From an uncultured bacterium (GTDB lineage Bacteria > Fidelibacterota > Fidelibacteria > Fidelibacterales > Fidelibacteraceae): a stretch of DNA of 64,000 nt. Location of the stretch: contig CAZNFT010000001.1 of the NCBI GenBank assembly GCA_964572745.1, forward strand, positions 86,841 through 150,840, given 5' to 3'. This document shows, one piece after another, positions 29,568-38,779 of this stretch. How positions within the stretch are numbered: position 1 is the stretch's first letter; every line of letters starts with the position of its first letter. The position numbers and the translations under genes are program-made. The notes under the pieces were generated by a model. The model was not told the DNA's origin. It did not search any database and saw only the letters and a list, made by a program, of their open reading frames with translations.

Positions 29568-29975
29568 ATGAAAAAAATCAGAGTAGTATTAGCAAAACCA
29601 GGTTTAGATGGTCACGATCGTGGCGCAAAAGTCATTGCGAATGCTTTACGTGATGCCGGGATGGAAGTAATTTATCTTGGCTTACGCCAAACACCGGAAA
29701 TGATCGTAAATGCAGCGCTACAGGAAGATGCAGATGTGATCTCACTATCAATTCTATCCGGAGCACATATGACGATCTTTCCCAAAGTTCTTGACCTTTT
29801 AAAAGAAAAAGGCATGGACGATGTACTTCTTGTTGGAGGTGGCGTTATACCGGAAGAAGACATTGAAGAATTGAAAAGTTTAGGTGTCGCCGAGCTTTTT
29901 GGACCTGGAACACCTACGGGAAAAACAGTTAAATATATTGAAAACTGGTTTAAGAATAGCTCAAGAAACAATTAA
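29568..29975 (+). CDS. Cobalamin-binding domain protein (methylmalonyl-CoA mutase small/C-terminal subunit type)
   Basis: 135 aa. [18 protein letters not shown] (DxHxxG B12-binding motif) ...SILSGAH...GGGVIP. Confidence 0.85.
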   Translation: MKKIRVVLAKPGLDGHDRGAKVIANALRDAGMEVIYLGLRQTPEMIVNAALQEDADVISLSILSGAHMTIFPKVLDLLKEKGMDDVLLVGGGVIPEEDIEELKSLGVAELFGPGTPTGKTVKYIENWFKNSSRNN

Positions 29976-29993
29976 ATAGTCCGGGGGGACAAA

Positions 29994-30698
29994 ATGGGGA
30001 CGACAAACAGGACAATGAAACAATGGCCGGAGGATGACCGGCCGCGTGAAAAATGTATCCAGCAAGGTGCTGGTATATTAACAAATGCTGAACTGTTGGC
30101 AATATTACTCAGGTCAGGGACAGTAAAACATTCCGCACTTGATATTGCTAAGGAATTGCTGGCCGACAACAGCGGCCTGCTTCAGTTGGGTATGATGACA
30201 ATAGGAGCTCTTTCAAAGTATCATGGTGTTGGGCCGGCAAAAGCCACAACAATTGCAGCAGCCTTTCAATTGGGAGCGCGCTTTCATGAGGCTATAGAGG
30301 CAAACGATACACCGGTGGTCACAGGACCCGAAAGTGTCGCTAATGCCTATGGAGAGCGTATGAGACTCATGAGAAAAGAGGTTTGCAAAGTTGTACTACT
30401 TAACCGAGCGAACAGAGCCTACAGGGATATTAATATATCTATTGGAAGTATTTCAGCTTCTATTGTGCACCCACGGGAAGTTTATAAACCTGCAATAGAT
30501 CATCTGGCCTCTGCTATTATATTGATGCATAATCATCCCAGTGGTGAGTTAAAACCAAGTCGGCAGGATATTAACATAACCCACACCATCCAAAAGGCCG
30601 GTGAAATTCTTGATATTCCGCTTTTGGATCACGTGATCATCGGTCATGCGGGTTATCTAAGCTTAAGAGAGCAGGGATATATGGAGTTAGAAACATGA
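29994..30698 (+). CDS. radC: RadC-family JAB-domain protein
   Basis: 234 aa. DRPREK...ELLAILLRSG N-terminus and HNHPSGELKPSRQD JAMM motif. Confidence 0.9.
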   Translation: MGTTNRTMKQWPEDDRPREKCIQQGAGILTNAELLAILLRSGTVKHSALDIAKELLADNSGLLQLGMMTIGALSKYHGVGPAKATTIAAAFQLGARFHEAIEANDTPVVTGPESVANAYGERMRLMRKEVCKVVLLNRANRAYRDINISIGSISASIVHPREVYKPAIDHLASAIILMHNHPSGELKPSRQDINITHTIQKAGEILDIPLLDHVIIGHAGYLSLREQGYMELET

Positions 30699-31666
30699 GT
30701 CTACAATCATTAAAAAACGCTCAGGCTATCATGGAACATCTTAACAGGGATGAATGTGATATCGCCTTTCAAAAAGCCCATGCAATGATGAGCAAGGAAA
30801 AATCTAAAGATGCATTTATGCATTATGCGATTGCTTTATGCTATTATAAAAACGGCAATAACGATAAAGCTTCGGGCCACCTAAATATGACCTTGTCATT
30901 GGATCCTTCCTTTGTTTCTGCCGCTGAATTATTGCTAAGCATAAATAAGCATGTTTATTCCCTTGGAGAATTAAAATATTTATATACTCTGATTATATCA
31001 CATAAAAAAGGCAATGAAGAAATGTATCGTTTTCTTGATCAATTTTCTTCTACGCCAATTAATCCTCATCTGAGTGTTGGTAAAATTGAATCAGTTAAAA
31101 ATGTAAGTTCTTTAGTTGAAGACAACAGCTATATCGACTATTTGGTCACAGAAATGGATAAAGATGAGCAAGATAAAGCCAAGAATTATCAGGCCGCTTG
31201 TCACACAGCCGATACGACGCTTTTTGATGGATCATTGCCCAAACCTGAAGCTTTTAAAGCGCCGTCAGAAGCGCCATCAGCTAAAACAGTACCTTTTGAA
31301 GAATCAGACTCTCAAACTAAAGCGAGTCAAGAACCCCGGGATGAATTAGAGACTCAAGTTGAAACGATCAATAAAACTCCCGTTGAGCCAAAACCAGCAG
31401 CTAAAGCGATGCCAACATCATTTGATAAAGTGTCATTTTTATCTGAAGTAAAAAACAAAGAAACCAAAGCAAACAAAGCTAAAACAGAAATAAAGAATTA
31501 TGGTATCGAAACTCTGACCATGGCTAGATTATATATCCGGCAGGGTCTTTATGAACAAGCAATGGGTATTTTAATGAAACTAATAGACCAAAAACCTGAC
31601 GATGAAAACATTAAAATAGAAATTGACAATCTTCAGGTTCTTATGAGAGATAAAAGCAGAGGATAA
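30695..31666 (+). CDS. TPR-like repeat protein with low-complexity acidic/Lys-rich linker
   Basis: 323 aa. TPR-like helices at both ends (AIALCYYKNGNNDKA; ARLYIRQGLYEQA). Confidence 0.55.
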   Translation: MSLQSLKNAQAIMEHLNRDECDIAFQKAHAMMSKEKSKDAFMHYAIALCYYKNGNNDKASGHLNMTLSLDPSFVSAAELLLSINKHVYSLGELKYLYTLIISHKKGNEEMYRFLDQFSSTPINPHLSVGKIESVKNVSSLVEDNSYIDYLVTEMDKDEQDKAKNYQAACHTADTTLFDGSLPKPEAFKAPSEAPSAKTVPFEESDSQTKASQEPRDELETQVETINKTPVEPKPAAKAMPTSFDKVSFLSEVKNKETKANKAKTEIKNYGIETLTMARLYIRQGLYEQAMGILMKLIDQKPDDENIKIEIDNLQVLMRDKSRG

Positions 31667-31667
31667 G

Positions 31668-32741
31668 ATGAATAGCAATAGATTGAAAAGACTTCGTGGT
31701 ATATTAGAAAAAGAAAAATTAGATGCTATCTTTGTTCGAGCTACTTCTAATTTAAGATATATTTCAGGTTTTTCCGGTTCCAATGGAATGTGTTATATTA
31801 GACTTGATGATGCCTGGTTTTTTACGGATTTCCGTTATAAAACGCAAAGTGCAGCTGAAGTTAATAATATGCACATTGATGTTCCTGTTGGGAAAGGTCT
31901 TTTGCAAGCCATGAAAGATAGTGGCTGTGTAAAAGATGGTGCAACAATTGCTTTTGAAGGGAATCATTTAAATTTTGAACAATATGATGAACTGAAAAAA
32001 GCATTCCCTTCTTGCCATTTTGTCAGTCGCTCTCTGATGATGGAAAAATTAGCCTCTGTCAAAGAAGAATACGAGCTCGATTGTCTTAGAGAAGCGGCCC
32101 GCATAACTGACGCTGCTTTTGCTGAACTTTTGAATGAGATCAAACCGGGTGTTTCTGAAAGGATGCTTGATGCAAAACTTTCTTATATTATGAAAAGTTT
32201 GGGCTCGGAAAGAGATAGTTTTGATACTATTGTGGCTTCGGGTATTAATGGCTCAAGACCTCACCATAGTCCCACAGATAAGTTATTACAAAATGGCGAA
32301 TTGATCACCATTGATTTTGGTGCTATGTATAAAGGTTATCACGCTGATGTTACCCGTACTGTTTGTCTGGGCAAGGCTGATGATAAACAACGCGAGATCT
32401 ATCATATTGTTTTGTCTGCCCAAGAAAAGGCAATTGCGGGTCTTAAACCGGGACTCACGGGCAGAGAAGTTGATGCCATTGCTCGCGATTACATTACTTC
32501 CAAAGGCTATGGCGAATATTTTGGTCATGGTTTGGGACATGGACTTAGTCTGGAAATTCATGCAGAACCTCGTCTTTCTCCCACAAATAGAGAAGCGCTT
32601 CTGGCGGGACAGGTTGTAACGGTTGAGCCGGGCATTTATATTCCGGGTTGGAGTGGTGTTCGCATAGAAGACGATCTTATTATCACTGAAAGCGGCTGTG
32701 AAAATATCACAACGGCAGCTAAACATTTAATAGAACTTTAA
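31668..32741 (+). CDS. M24 family Xaa-Pro aminopeptidase/dipeptidase
   Basis: 357 aa. Creatinase-like N-domain plus the pita-bread metal ligands (DFGAMYKGYHADVTRT, GHGLGLEIHE, VEPGIY). Confidence 0.9.
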   Translation: MNSNRLKRLRGILEKEKLDAIFVRATSNLRYISGFSGSNGMCYIRLDDAWFFTDFRYKTQSAAEVNNMHIDVPVGKGLLQAMKDSGCVKDGATIAFEGNHLNFEQYDELKKAFPSCHFVSRSLMMEKLASVKEEYELDCLREAARITDAAFAELLNEIKPGVSERMLDAKLSYIMKSLGSERDSFDTIVASGINGSRPHHSPTDKLLQNGELITIDFGAMYKGYHADVTRTVCLGKADDKQREIYHIVLSAQEKAIAGLKPGLTGREVDAIARDYITSKGYGEYFGHGLGHGLSLEIHAEPRLSPTNREALLAGQVVTVEPGIYIPGWSGVRIEDDLIITESGCENITTAAKHLIEL

Positions 32742-33340
32742 TGACAAAAACAAAGATCACTACAATTATATTCGATCTGGGCAATGTGCTTGTTGATGTG
32801 AATTACAAGCAATTCACCGAAGCAATGCATTGGGATCATGATCAATTTATTAAATTTACTTCCTCCGACTTTTTTACTGCTTTTGAAGCCGGAGAGCATA
32901 GTACAGATGAGTTTTTCAATGAGCTTTCTAAATATATTCCTTTGCAAAAAGGTGATAGAGCGCGCTATTGCAATAATCTTGACAAGAAATTTCCCTTGCG
33001 ACCACGAACTTGGGCAAAAATCCATTATTTAAAAAGAAAATATCGAATTGTACTTTTTTCAAATACCAATAGTCTTGATTATGAAGCAATAGATAAAAAA
33101 CTCGAGATCAAGCGAGTAATCCGCTATAGCTATGTTTCTTTTGTTGAGGGCTATAATAAACCGGATCCAAGGTCTTATAAAAGAGTCGAAGAATTGTTTA
33201 ACATCGATTCGGCTGAGACACTTTTTGTCGATGACAAAGCGGAAAATATTGAAGCTGCCCGTAAGGTCGGTTGGCAAGCAGAGCAAGTTGAAAGCGAAAA
33301 ACATCTTTTTGATATTCTGGAAGAATATGGCCTTATTTAA
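32741..33340 (+). CDS. HAD-superfamily hydrolase
   Basis: 199 aa. Motif I IIFDLGNVL and motif IV FVDDKAENIEAA. Confidence 0.8.
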   Translation: MTKTKITTIIFDLGNVLVDVNYKQFTEAMHWDHDQFIKFTSSDFFTAFEAGEHSTDEFFNELSKYIPLQKGDRARYCNNLDKKFPLRPRTWAKIHYLKRKYRIVLFSNTNSLDYEAIDKKLEIKRVIRYSYVSFVEGYNKPDPRSYKRVEELFNIDSAETLFVDDKAENIEAARKVGWQAEQVESEKHLFDILEEYGLI

Positions 33341-33449
33341 GGTGCGAAGCTACTGATGACTAAGTAAAATATTGTTTTAACTGTAGTTCCCAACAAGAAT
33401 ATCTAATTTAACATTTCCTCTTTTCCTTATAATTACTTATAATTTCTCT

Positions 33450-34166
33450 ATGAAGAAAACACTTATTATTTTTATCGCATTATTCTCATTAATTCAGGCA
33501 CAAACCCTGACTAATGGAGAATACTTTCGCTATGCTATTCCCGAGGCAGCAAAAACCTGGGAAGGCTATGTTGCACTTGGAACTGCCGGGATATTAGCCG
33601 GAATTTCCGCCTTAACTCTTGATGAAGAAATGAAGGAGTTTATGACCCGCAAGGTCTATTTGCCTCCATGTCTGGATAAGATAGGTGATAAATATGTCGA
33701 TCATTATTGGGCATTTGGCGTTTCCGCACTTGGTGCTTTGGGTCGTGGCTATCACACAGGAAATTATCTCGAGTCCTTTCGTTACTGGGCTTCAGCAAAT
33801 GTAGGGACTATAGCTTTAACTTATGCATTAAAGTATAGTGTTGGTCGAACGCGACCAAATGAGAAAAATAATTATTCTTTTCCCTCAGGTCACTCCTCTG
33901 TGGCTTTTTCTACTGCTACTATGTTTCAGATGTGGTATGGATGGAAGGCAGGTATTCCCGCTTATGCTTTGGCTACATTGACAGCTTTTCAGAGATTAGA
34001 TGATAACCAGCATTGGTTGAGTGATGTTATTATGGGAGCGACCATCGGTATTGTTATTCCATATATGCTGTATCGCGGTGAAGACAAAGCAAAACCTCTG
34101 GTTGCGTCAAGTTTTATGATCCCTCCGATCTCCATCACTATTCCCTTGAATCTTTCAGGAAAATAA
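33450..34166 (+). CDS. PAP2-family (acid/lipid) phosphatase
   Basis: 238 aa with signal peptide. KYSVGRTRPN ... PSGHSS ... QHWLSDV tripartite PAP2 motif. Confidence 0.9.
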   Translation: MKKTLIIFIALFSLIQAQTLTNGEYFRYAIPEAAKTWEGYVALGTAGILAGISALTLDEEMKEFMTRKVYLPPCLDKIGDKYVDHYWAFGVSALGALGRGYHTGNYLESFRYWASANVGTIALTYALKYSVGRTRPNEKNNYSFPSGHSSVAFSTATMFQMWYGWKAGIPAYALATLTAFQRLDDNQHWLSDVIMGATIGIVIPYMLYRGEDKAKPLVASSFMIPPISITIPLNLSGK

Positions 34167-35248
34167 TGATAGAATACATATCTCAAGAGATGACCAATGC
34201 ATTGATGGCGTGGTTTGAATTGCATCGCCGTAAAATGCCTTGGCGGGGCTCACATGACCCTTATCATATCTGGGTGAGTGAAATGATGCTTCAACAAACT
34301 CAGGTCGCTACAGTCGAAAATTATTTTCTCAGATGGATAAAACTTTTCCCCGATGTCTTTGTTCTTGCTGAGGCAGAGTTGGAAGATGTTTTAAAAGCTT
34401 GGGAAGGTTTGGGCTATTATACCCGAGCAAGAAATTTCCATAAAGGCGCAAAATATATTGTAGAAAATGCCACTTCTCAGAAGGATCCTTTCCCTAAAGA
34501 TTATGATTCCTGGCTTAAAGTGCCGGGTGTAGGACCTTATACTGCGGCAGCTGTTGCAAGTATTGCTTTTGCTTATCCCGCAGCCGTTGTGGATGGAAAT
34601 GTTAAACGTGTGATGTCCCGTTTATTTTGTATGGATGAGGATGTTGCCACGCAGAAATATCACAAAAGACTTTATGCCATTATGAACAAGGCATTTTACG
34701 ACTACCATCCCGGCTGGGTCAATCAAGCCTGGATGGAATTAGGTGCTTTACAATGCACACCAAACCCTGATTGCAGCATTTGCCCTTTAATAAATGATTG
34801 TCAAGCGTATGCAAAAGGGACTATCAGTAAATATCCTCTGAGAAGCAAAAGGAAAAAGATTCCCACCCGCTATGGTGCGGCATTTATCATTGAAAATGAT
34901 AATAAAACCCTAGTGCTCCGCCGACCCTCAGAAGGCTTTTTAGGTGGTCTATGGGAATATCCTTCTTTTACTTTAAAAGAAGAGAATCCGGAGTATTTAG
35001 GGAGTTTTTGTAAGAAGCACGATATTGATATTGTGCAGGAATTACCTCAAAAAGTTAAGCATACTTATTCACATTTTCATCAGGAGTTGACACTTTATAA
35101 AGCTAAGCTTTCTCCAGGCAGCCTTTTCGGGGCATGGCCTGAAATGAGAAAAGTGAATTCATCGGAAATGGAAGATCTTCCAAGATCTAAAGTAACGATC
35201 AAAATTTCAGAAATAATTGCTTTGGCAAAAGATAAAAAGAATTCTTAG
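34166..35248 (+). CDS. mutY: A/G-specific adenine DNA glycosylase
   Basis: 360 aa. HhH-GPD (VPGVGPYTAAAVASIAF, VDGNVKRV), 4Fe-4S Cys cluster (C..C..C..C) and NUDIX-like C-domain. Confidence 0.9.
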   Translation: MIEYISQEMTNALMAWFELHRRKMPWRGSHDPYHIWVSEMMLQQTQVATVENYFLRWIKLFPDVFVLAEAELEDVLKAWEGLGYYTRARNFHKGAKYIVENATSQKDPFPKDYDSWLKVPGVGPYTAAAVASIAFAYPAAVVDGNVKRVMSRLFCMDEDVATQKYHKRLYAIMNKAFYDYHPGWVNQAWMELGALQCTPNPDCSICPLINDCQAYAKGTISKYPLRSKRKKIPTRYGAAFIIENDNKTLVLRRPSEGFLGGLWEYPSFTLKEENPEYLGSFCKKHDIDIVQELPQKVKHTYSHFHQELTLYKAKLSPGSLFGAWPEMRKVNSSEMEDLPRSKVTIKISEIIALAKDKKNS

Positions 35249-35280
35249 ACAATATAATTAAAGTTAATGTTTTAGCTGTA

Positions 35281-36555
35281 TCAGTTATTGTTTTCATCCT
35301 TGATCTCAATGATATCATCCCAATCTGTTGTATAGGATTGACTTCGTTTTTCTTGTTTCAAAGCCTGTTTATCCTCTAAACCAAGATCAGCCAGCTTAAT
35401 GGTGTTACGACCAAATTTATCGTTAATAATATCCATGGCTTCTGAAAGTTTGTTCTCTGATCCATTACATAGATCTTGGGAAAACATATCTGTTTGAAGT
35501 TCATTTTCTTGCTGAAAATTCATTAGGACAACCCCCGCTTTTTTATACTGAAAGCCCGGTTTATATATATTGCGCAAAGCTTCTTTTGCTATTTTAACTA
35601 AGGTGATGGTGCTTTGAGTGGCAGGAAAGTTCATCACAATTTTCCTCCGATATTGAGGCAGGTCTTGTCGGAAATAATTCGTGTGGAGAAAAACCATCAT
35701 GGATGTAGCGTAGGATCTCTGTTTTCGTAGTTTAACAGCACAGGTACTGCAATAGCTTGCTATGCATTGCTCCAGAAAACTATAATCCCTGACCATAGAA
35801 ACCATGGTGCGAGCTGTTCCGATAGATTTACGGGGCTTTAAGGTGGATTCAAACTTTACTGCTACTTCACCCTTGAGCTCTTTTTGAATTTTATGTCCCG
35901 ATATTGTAAATTCTTTTAAAACAAGATCTTCTTTGAGACAAAGGAATTGAGAAGCAAAATGAACTCCCATTAAATGCAGTTTTTCTTTTGTTTGTTTTCC
36001 GATTCCCCAAACATCGCCGACAGGCAGAGCTCTTAAATGTTGCTCAATGAGCTTTGGGTCTCGCATAATATAACAGCTGTTTTTCAGTGGATCTGCTTTA
36101 GCTATATGAGTTGCTATTTTTGCCAGTGTTTTGCTTTTTGCTACACCAATGCTCACAGGTATGCCGGTGTGTTTTAAAACTATATGTCTGATCTCCCGGA
36201 CCATCTCAAGCAGTTTTTCATCGCTGCCTTCTCCTAATTCAATAAAAGCTTCATCGATAGAATAAATTTCTATATCTTTTGAATATTCCCTGAGGATATT
36301 CATTATCCGATTACTCATGTCGCCATAAAGCGCAAAATTTGTGGAAAAAACATGCACCTTTTCTGCTTCGATAAGATTTTTATATTTAAAAACCGGAGCA
36401 GCCATGGGAATGCCAAGGGCCTTTGCTTCATTGGACCTGGCAATAACACAACCATCATTATTTGAGAGGACAATAATGGGCTTTCCATTAAGGCCGGGAG
36501 CAAAGACGCGTTCGCAGGAAGCATAAAAATTATTACAATCTACAAGGGCGATCAT
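35281..36555 (-). CDS. umuC: Y-family translesion DNA polymerase (UmuC-type)
   Basis: 424 aa. MIALVDCNNFYASCERVF...SNNDGC..., SIDEAF and operon with a UmuD-like gene. Confidence 0.9.
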   Translation of the reverse strand: MIALVDCNNFYASCERVFAPGLNGKPIIVLSNNDGCVIARSNEAKALGIPMAAPVFKYKNLIEAEKVHVFSTNFALYGDMSNRIMNILREYSKDIEIYSIDEAFIELGEGSDEKLLEMVREIRHIVLKHTGIPVSIGVAKSKTLAKIATHIAKADPLKNSCYIMRDPKLIEQHLRALPVGDVWGIGKQTKEKLHLMGVHFASQFLCLKEDLVLKEFTISGHKIQKELKGEVAVKFESTLKPRKSIGTARTMVSMVRDYSFLEQCIASYCSTCAVKLRKQRSYATSMMVFLHTNYFRQDLPQYRRKIVMNFPATQSTITLVKIAKEALRNIYKPGFQYKKAGVVLMNFQQENELQTDMFSQDLCNGSENKLSEAMDIINDKFGRNTIKLADLGLEDKQALKQEKRSQSYTTDWDDIIEIKDENNN

Positions 36556-37004
36556 GGTTTCATTTTTTTAATAACATAGGTGACGATGCCCCAAATAATA
36601 AAATTATTATCTTCGCCGACGGGAATGGGTGCGTAGGCATCATTTTCCGGAATGAGAAAACAGGTATTATTCTCGATATGGACACGTTTCACTGTAAAGT
36701 CGCCATCGATAAAACAAACGGCAATCGTGTCATTCGTAGGGTCTAAAGAACGGTCGATCACAAGAACATCGCCATCGTGGATGCCGACATTTTCCATTGA
36801 GTTACCTTTAACACGACCATAGAAAGTCGCATTGGGATTATGAATTAATTCCTTGTTAAGGTCGAGACTGATATCCATGTAATCTTCAGCAGGGGAAGGA
36901 AAACCGGCGGAAATATCCTGAGCTACAGGTAGTTCTAGGTGAGAACTAAGATCTGCCGAGTAAAAATCTATAAATTTGTGTTGTTTAATACGGGAAAGTT
37001 TCAT
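36552..37004 (-). CDS. umuD: S24 LexA-like autopeptidase, UmuD-type
   Basis: ORF 36552..37079. Likely start MKLSRIKQ at 37004 (4 nt after the cupin stop). SAGFPSPAEDY...GNSM...GDVLVIDR motifs. 4-nt overlap with umuC. Confidence 0.85.
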   Translation of the reverse strand: MKLSRIKQHKFIDFYSADLSSHLELPVAQDISAGFPSPAEDYMDISLDLNKELIHNPNATFYGRVKGNSMENVGIHDGDVLVIDRSLDPTNDTIAVCFIDGDFTVKRVHIENNTCFLIPENDAYAPIPVGEDNNFIIWGIVTYVIKKMKP

Positions 37005-37008
37005 TTTG

Positions 37009-37353
37009 TTATCTATTGTAATCATCTTCGTAGCGAATAATGTCATCTTCGCCAAAGTAGTCACCGGTTTGAATTTCAATTAATGCAGCTATTTTATCTG
37101 TTGCGTTTTCAATTCTGTGTTTAGAGTTTTTAGGAATATAAACATGTTCATCTATATGATAATCCTTTGTATTATTGCCAATACTAAGTCGCATTGTGCC
37201 TTCGGTAATAATCCAATGTTCATTTCGTTTTTCATGTGACTGTAAAGAGGTGCGTTGACCCGGGTTCACGATGATCTTTTTTACTTTACAGGCTTTTCCA
37301 TCCAAGAGGATTTCGAAATTTCCCCAAGGTCGTTCTTCTTTATATGGATTCAT
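37009..37353 (-). CDS. Cupin protein (type II phosphomannose-isomerase C-terminal cupin type)
   Basis: ORF 37009..37425. Likely start MNPYKEERPWGNFE at 37353. QSHEKRNEHW...IPKNSKHRIEN...GEDDIIRYEDDYNR pattern. Confidence 0.8.
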   Translation of the reverse strand: MNPYKEERPWGNFEILLDGKACKVKKIIVNPGQRTSLQSHEKRNEHWIITEGTMRLSIGNNTKDYHIDEHVYIPKNSKHRIENATDKIAALIEIQTGDYFGEDDIIRYEDDYNR

Positions 37354-37355
37354 AT

Positions 37356-38261
37356 TTAATTTCCTTTCTTGCCGTTCTGAAAATCCAGGATTTCCAATAA
37401 GATTTTTCGATTGCTTTCTAACCACTGCTCTAAATTATCTATATCTTTTGTATCTGTCATTGTATATTTCAACTCTATGCCTGGAGTTTCAAAGTTTTCA
37501 TCTATTCCAATTTGCATTTTTTGCAATTTTTCCAACTCAGTTTTTTTGGTCTGTAAAAGTGTTCTATACTCCGTCATTGTAGGATATCGCTGAGAAAAAA
37601 GTTTTGATCTTAATATTTGCAATTTTTGTGCATTCCCAGTATCAGCCCCTTGTAGAAGATCTCTAATATCATTTTTCTCAAGAATTGTTTGGTAGGAGAG
37701 CTTATCTCTTAAAGAAATCTCTTTGAGCAAAAGAGCGATCTGTTCAAGAATATTAATGCCGGGATTTAATCCGAGCAGTTCTGAAATGGCTTTAAGGAGT
37801 AGAGGGTCACTAAATGAGAGTATTCTTTTTAAGGGAGTGTTTTTGGATATAAAATATTCTTTCCAGGAAAGCGGGATAGCCGACAGGGCTTTAATTTTAT
37901 CCCATTCTTTTGCAGGAATGCCTAAAAAAGCTGACCATTCAAATTTGTTATGATCCGGAGAATAGCTTTCAAGTAATTTCAGGATTCCGGCAATATCAAA
38001 AACAGTCAGATCGCAATGTAAAATAAGATCTTTTAAAGCATCTTCGTAAGAGATATCATCATTATAAACAAGAGCGCTGAAATTATTTTTTTTCTTGATA
38101 GGCGAAAAGTGAGTACAGGGAATATAGAGATCATCGAATTTCCAAAAGAGAGGCAAAGAATTAGGTGATTTGCTGAAAATCTCCTTTTTAGTTTCTTTAA
38201 AATTAAAACGACCATCGCTGCTATTAATGTTGTCTGGGTGTAAATTTAGTACCTGTTTCAT
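37356..38261 (-). CDS. Hypothetical protein (301 aa), first gene of the cupin-umuDC operon, divergent from dnaA
   Basis: Clean ORF with helical, coiled-coil C-terminal part. No family recognised. Confidence 0.6.
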   Translation of the reverse strand: MKQVLNLHPDNINSSDGRFNFKETKKEIFSKSPNSLPLFWKFDDLYIPCTHFSPIKKKNNFSALVYNDDISYEDALKDLILHCDLTVFDIAGILKLLESYSPDHNKFEWSAFLGIPAKEWDKIKALSAIPLSWKEYFISKNTPLKRILSFSDPLLLKAISELLGLNPGINILEQIALLLKEISLRDKLSYQTILEKNDIRDLLQGADTGNAQKLQILRSKLFSQRYPTMTEYRTLLQTKKTELEKLQKMQIGIDENFETPGIELKYTMTDTKDIDNLEQWLESNRKILLEILDFQNGKKGN

Positions 38262-38357
38262 ATTAGAGAAATACTACATAATTATTTACGCTTTAAAAAG
38301 GAAAAATATTGTCTTTCGATGAAAATCGTTATATGTTGTAGTGTTATTTGAATTTAA

Positions 38358-38520
38358 ACTTGCGGCTCAGTTTTTTTGAATCAACATTAATCAACAGGGA
38401 GCTTATGCTCATGTTAGTGGAAATCAGGCCTTCCCGCTTTGGCGGGTCAAGGAAGATTGAAGTTAACGGCGGGTTCCCACCGTGTAAAAACGGGTTCATT
38501 AAATTGCCGCAAGTTTTTTT
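38358..38520 (+). ncRNA. Candidate structured RNA (unknown family) with closing helix and U-tract
   Basis: ACTTGCGGC (38358..38366) pairs perfectly with GCCGCAAGT (38506..38514) and is followed by T7. TGAATC (38377..38382) pairs with GGTTCA (38493..38498). Three internal hairpins at 38393..38415, 38424..38460 (CCCGC-TTTG-GCGGG core) and 38466..38483. Locally GC-rich in an AT-rich spacer. No ORF. Confidence 0.35.
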
Positions 38521-38649
38521 ATTTTGCTAGTTTTTTGATCTTTAAGCCCTTCTGAATAAATGAATAATTAATTTACAAATTCCACTGAAAATCACTTGAT
38601 TTTTTCAAGAATTCGTCGTATGTTTTTGTCGTTCATGATGTGTATAATG

Positions 38650-38658
38650 TGTGGAAAA
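38650..38658 (-). promoter_or_regulatory. DnaA box (TGTGGAAAA = complement of TTTTCCACA, fits TTWTNCACA)
   Basis: Read directly, 122 nt upstream of the annotated dnaA ATG. Confidence 0.6.
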
Positions 38659-38665
38659 TCGAAAG

Positions 38666-38674
38666 TTTTACACC
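38666..38674 (+). promoter_or_regulatory. DnaA-box-like 9-mer TTTTACACC (8/9 to TTWTNCACA)
   Basis: Read directly. Convergent with the box at 38650. Confidence 0.4.
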
Positions 38675-38779
38675 TTGTAAAAACTTAATAATTTTGGAAG
38701 TGCTCTTGATGAATTCCCTATCTCGCTTATAATCAGATAGTTGGATTAAGGCGTATATTGTGAGTAAGATGTTGACAAG

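Noticed and set aside
38358-38520. SRP (4.5S) RNA or 6S RNA identity for the structured element
   Set aside because: UCAGG and GGAAG strings are present, but there is no GGAA-capped helix 8 with the AGCA motif. The fold is multi-branched rather than a single long hairpin or a central-bubble rod. Left as unknown family.
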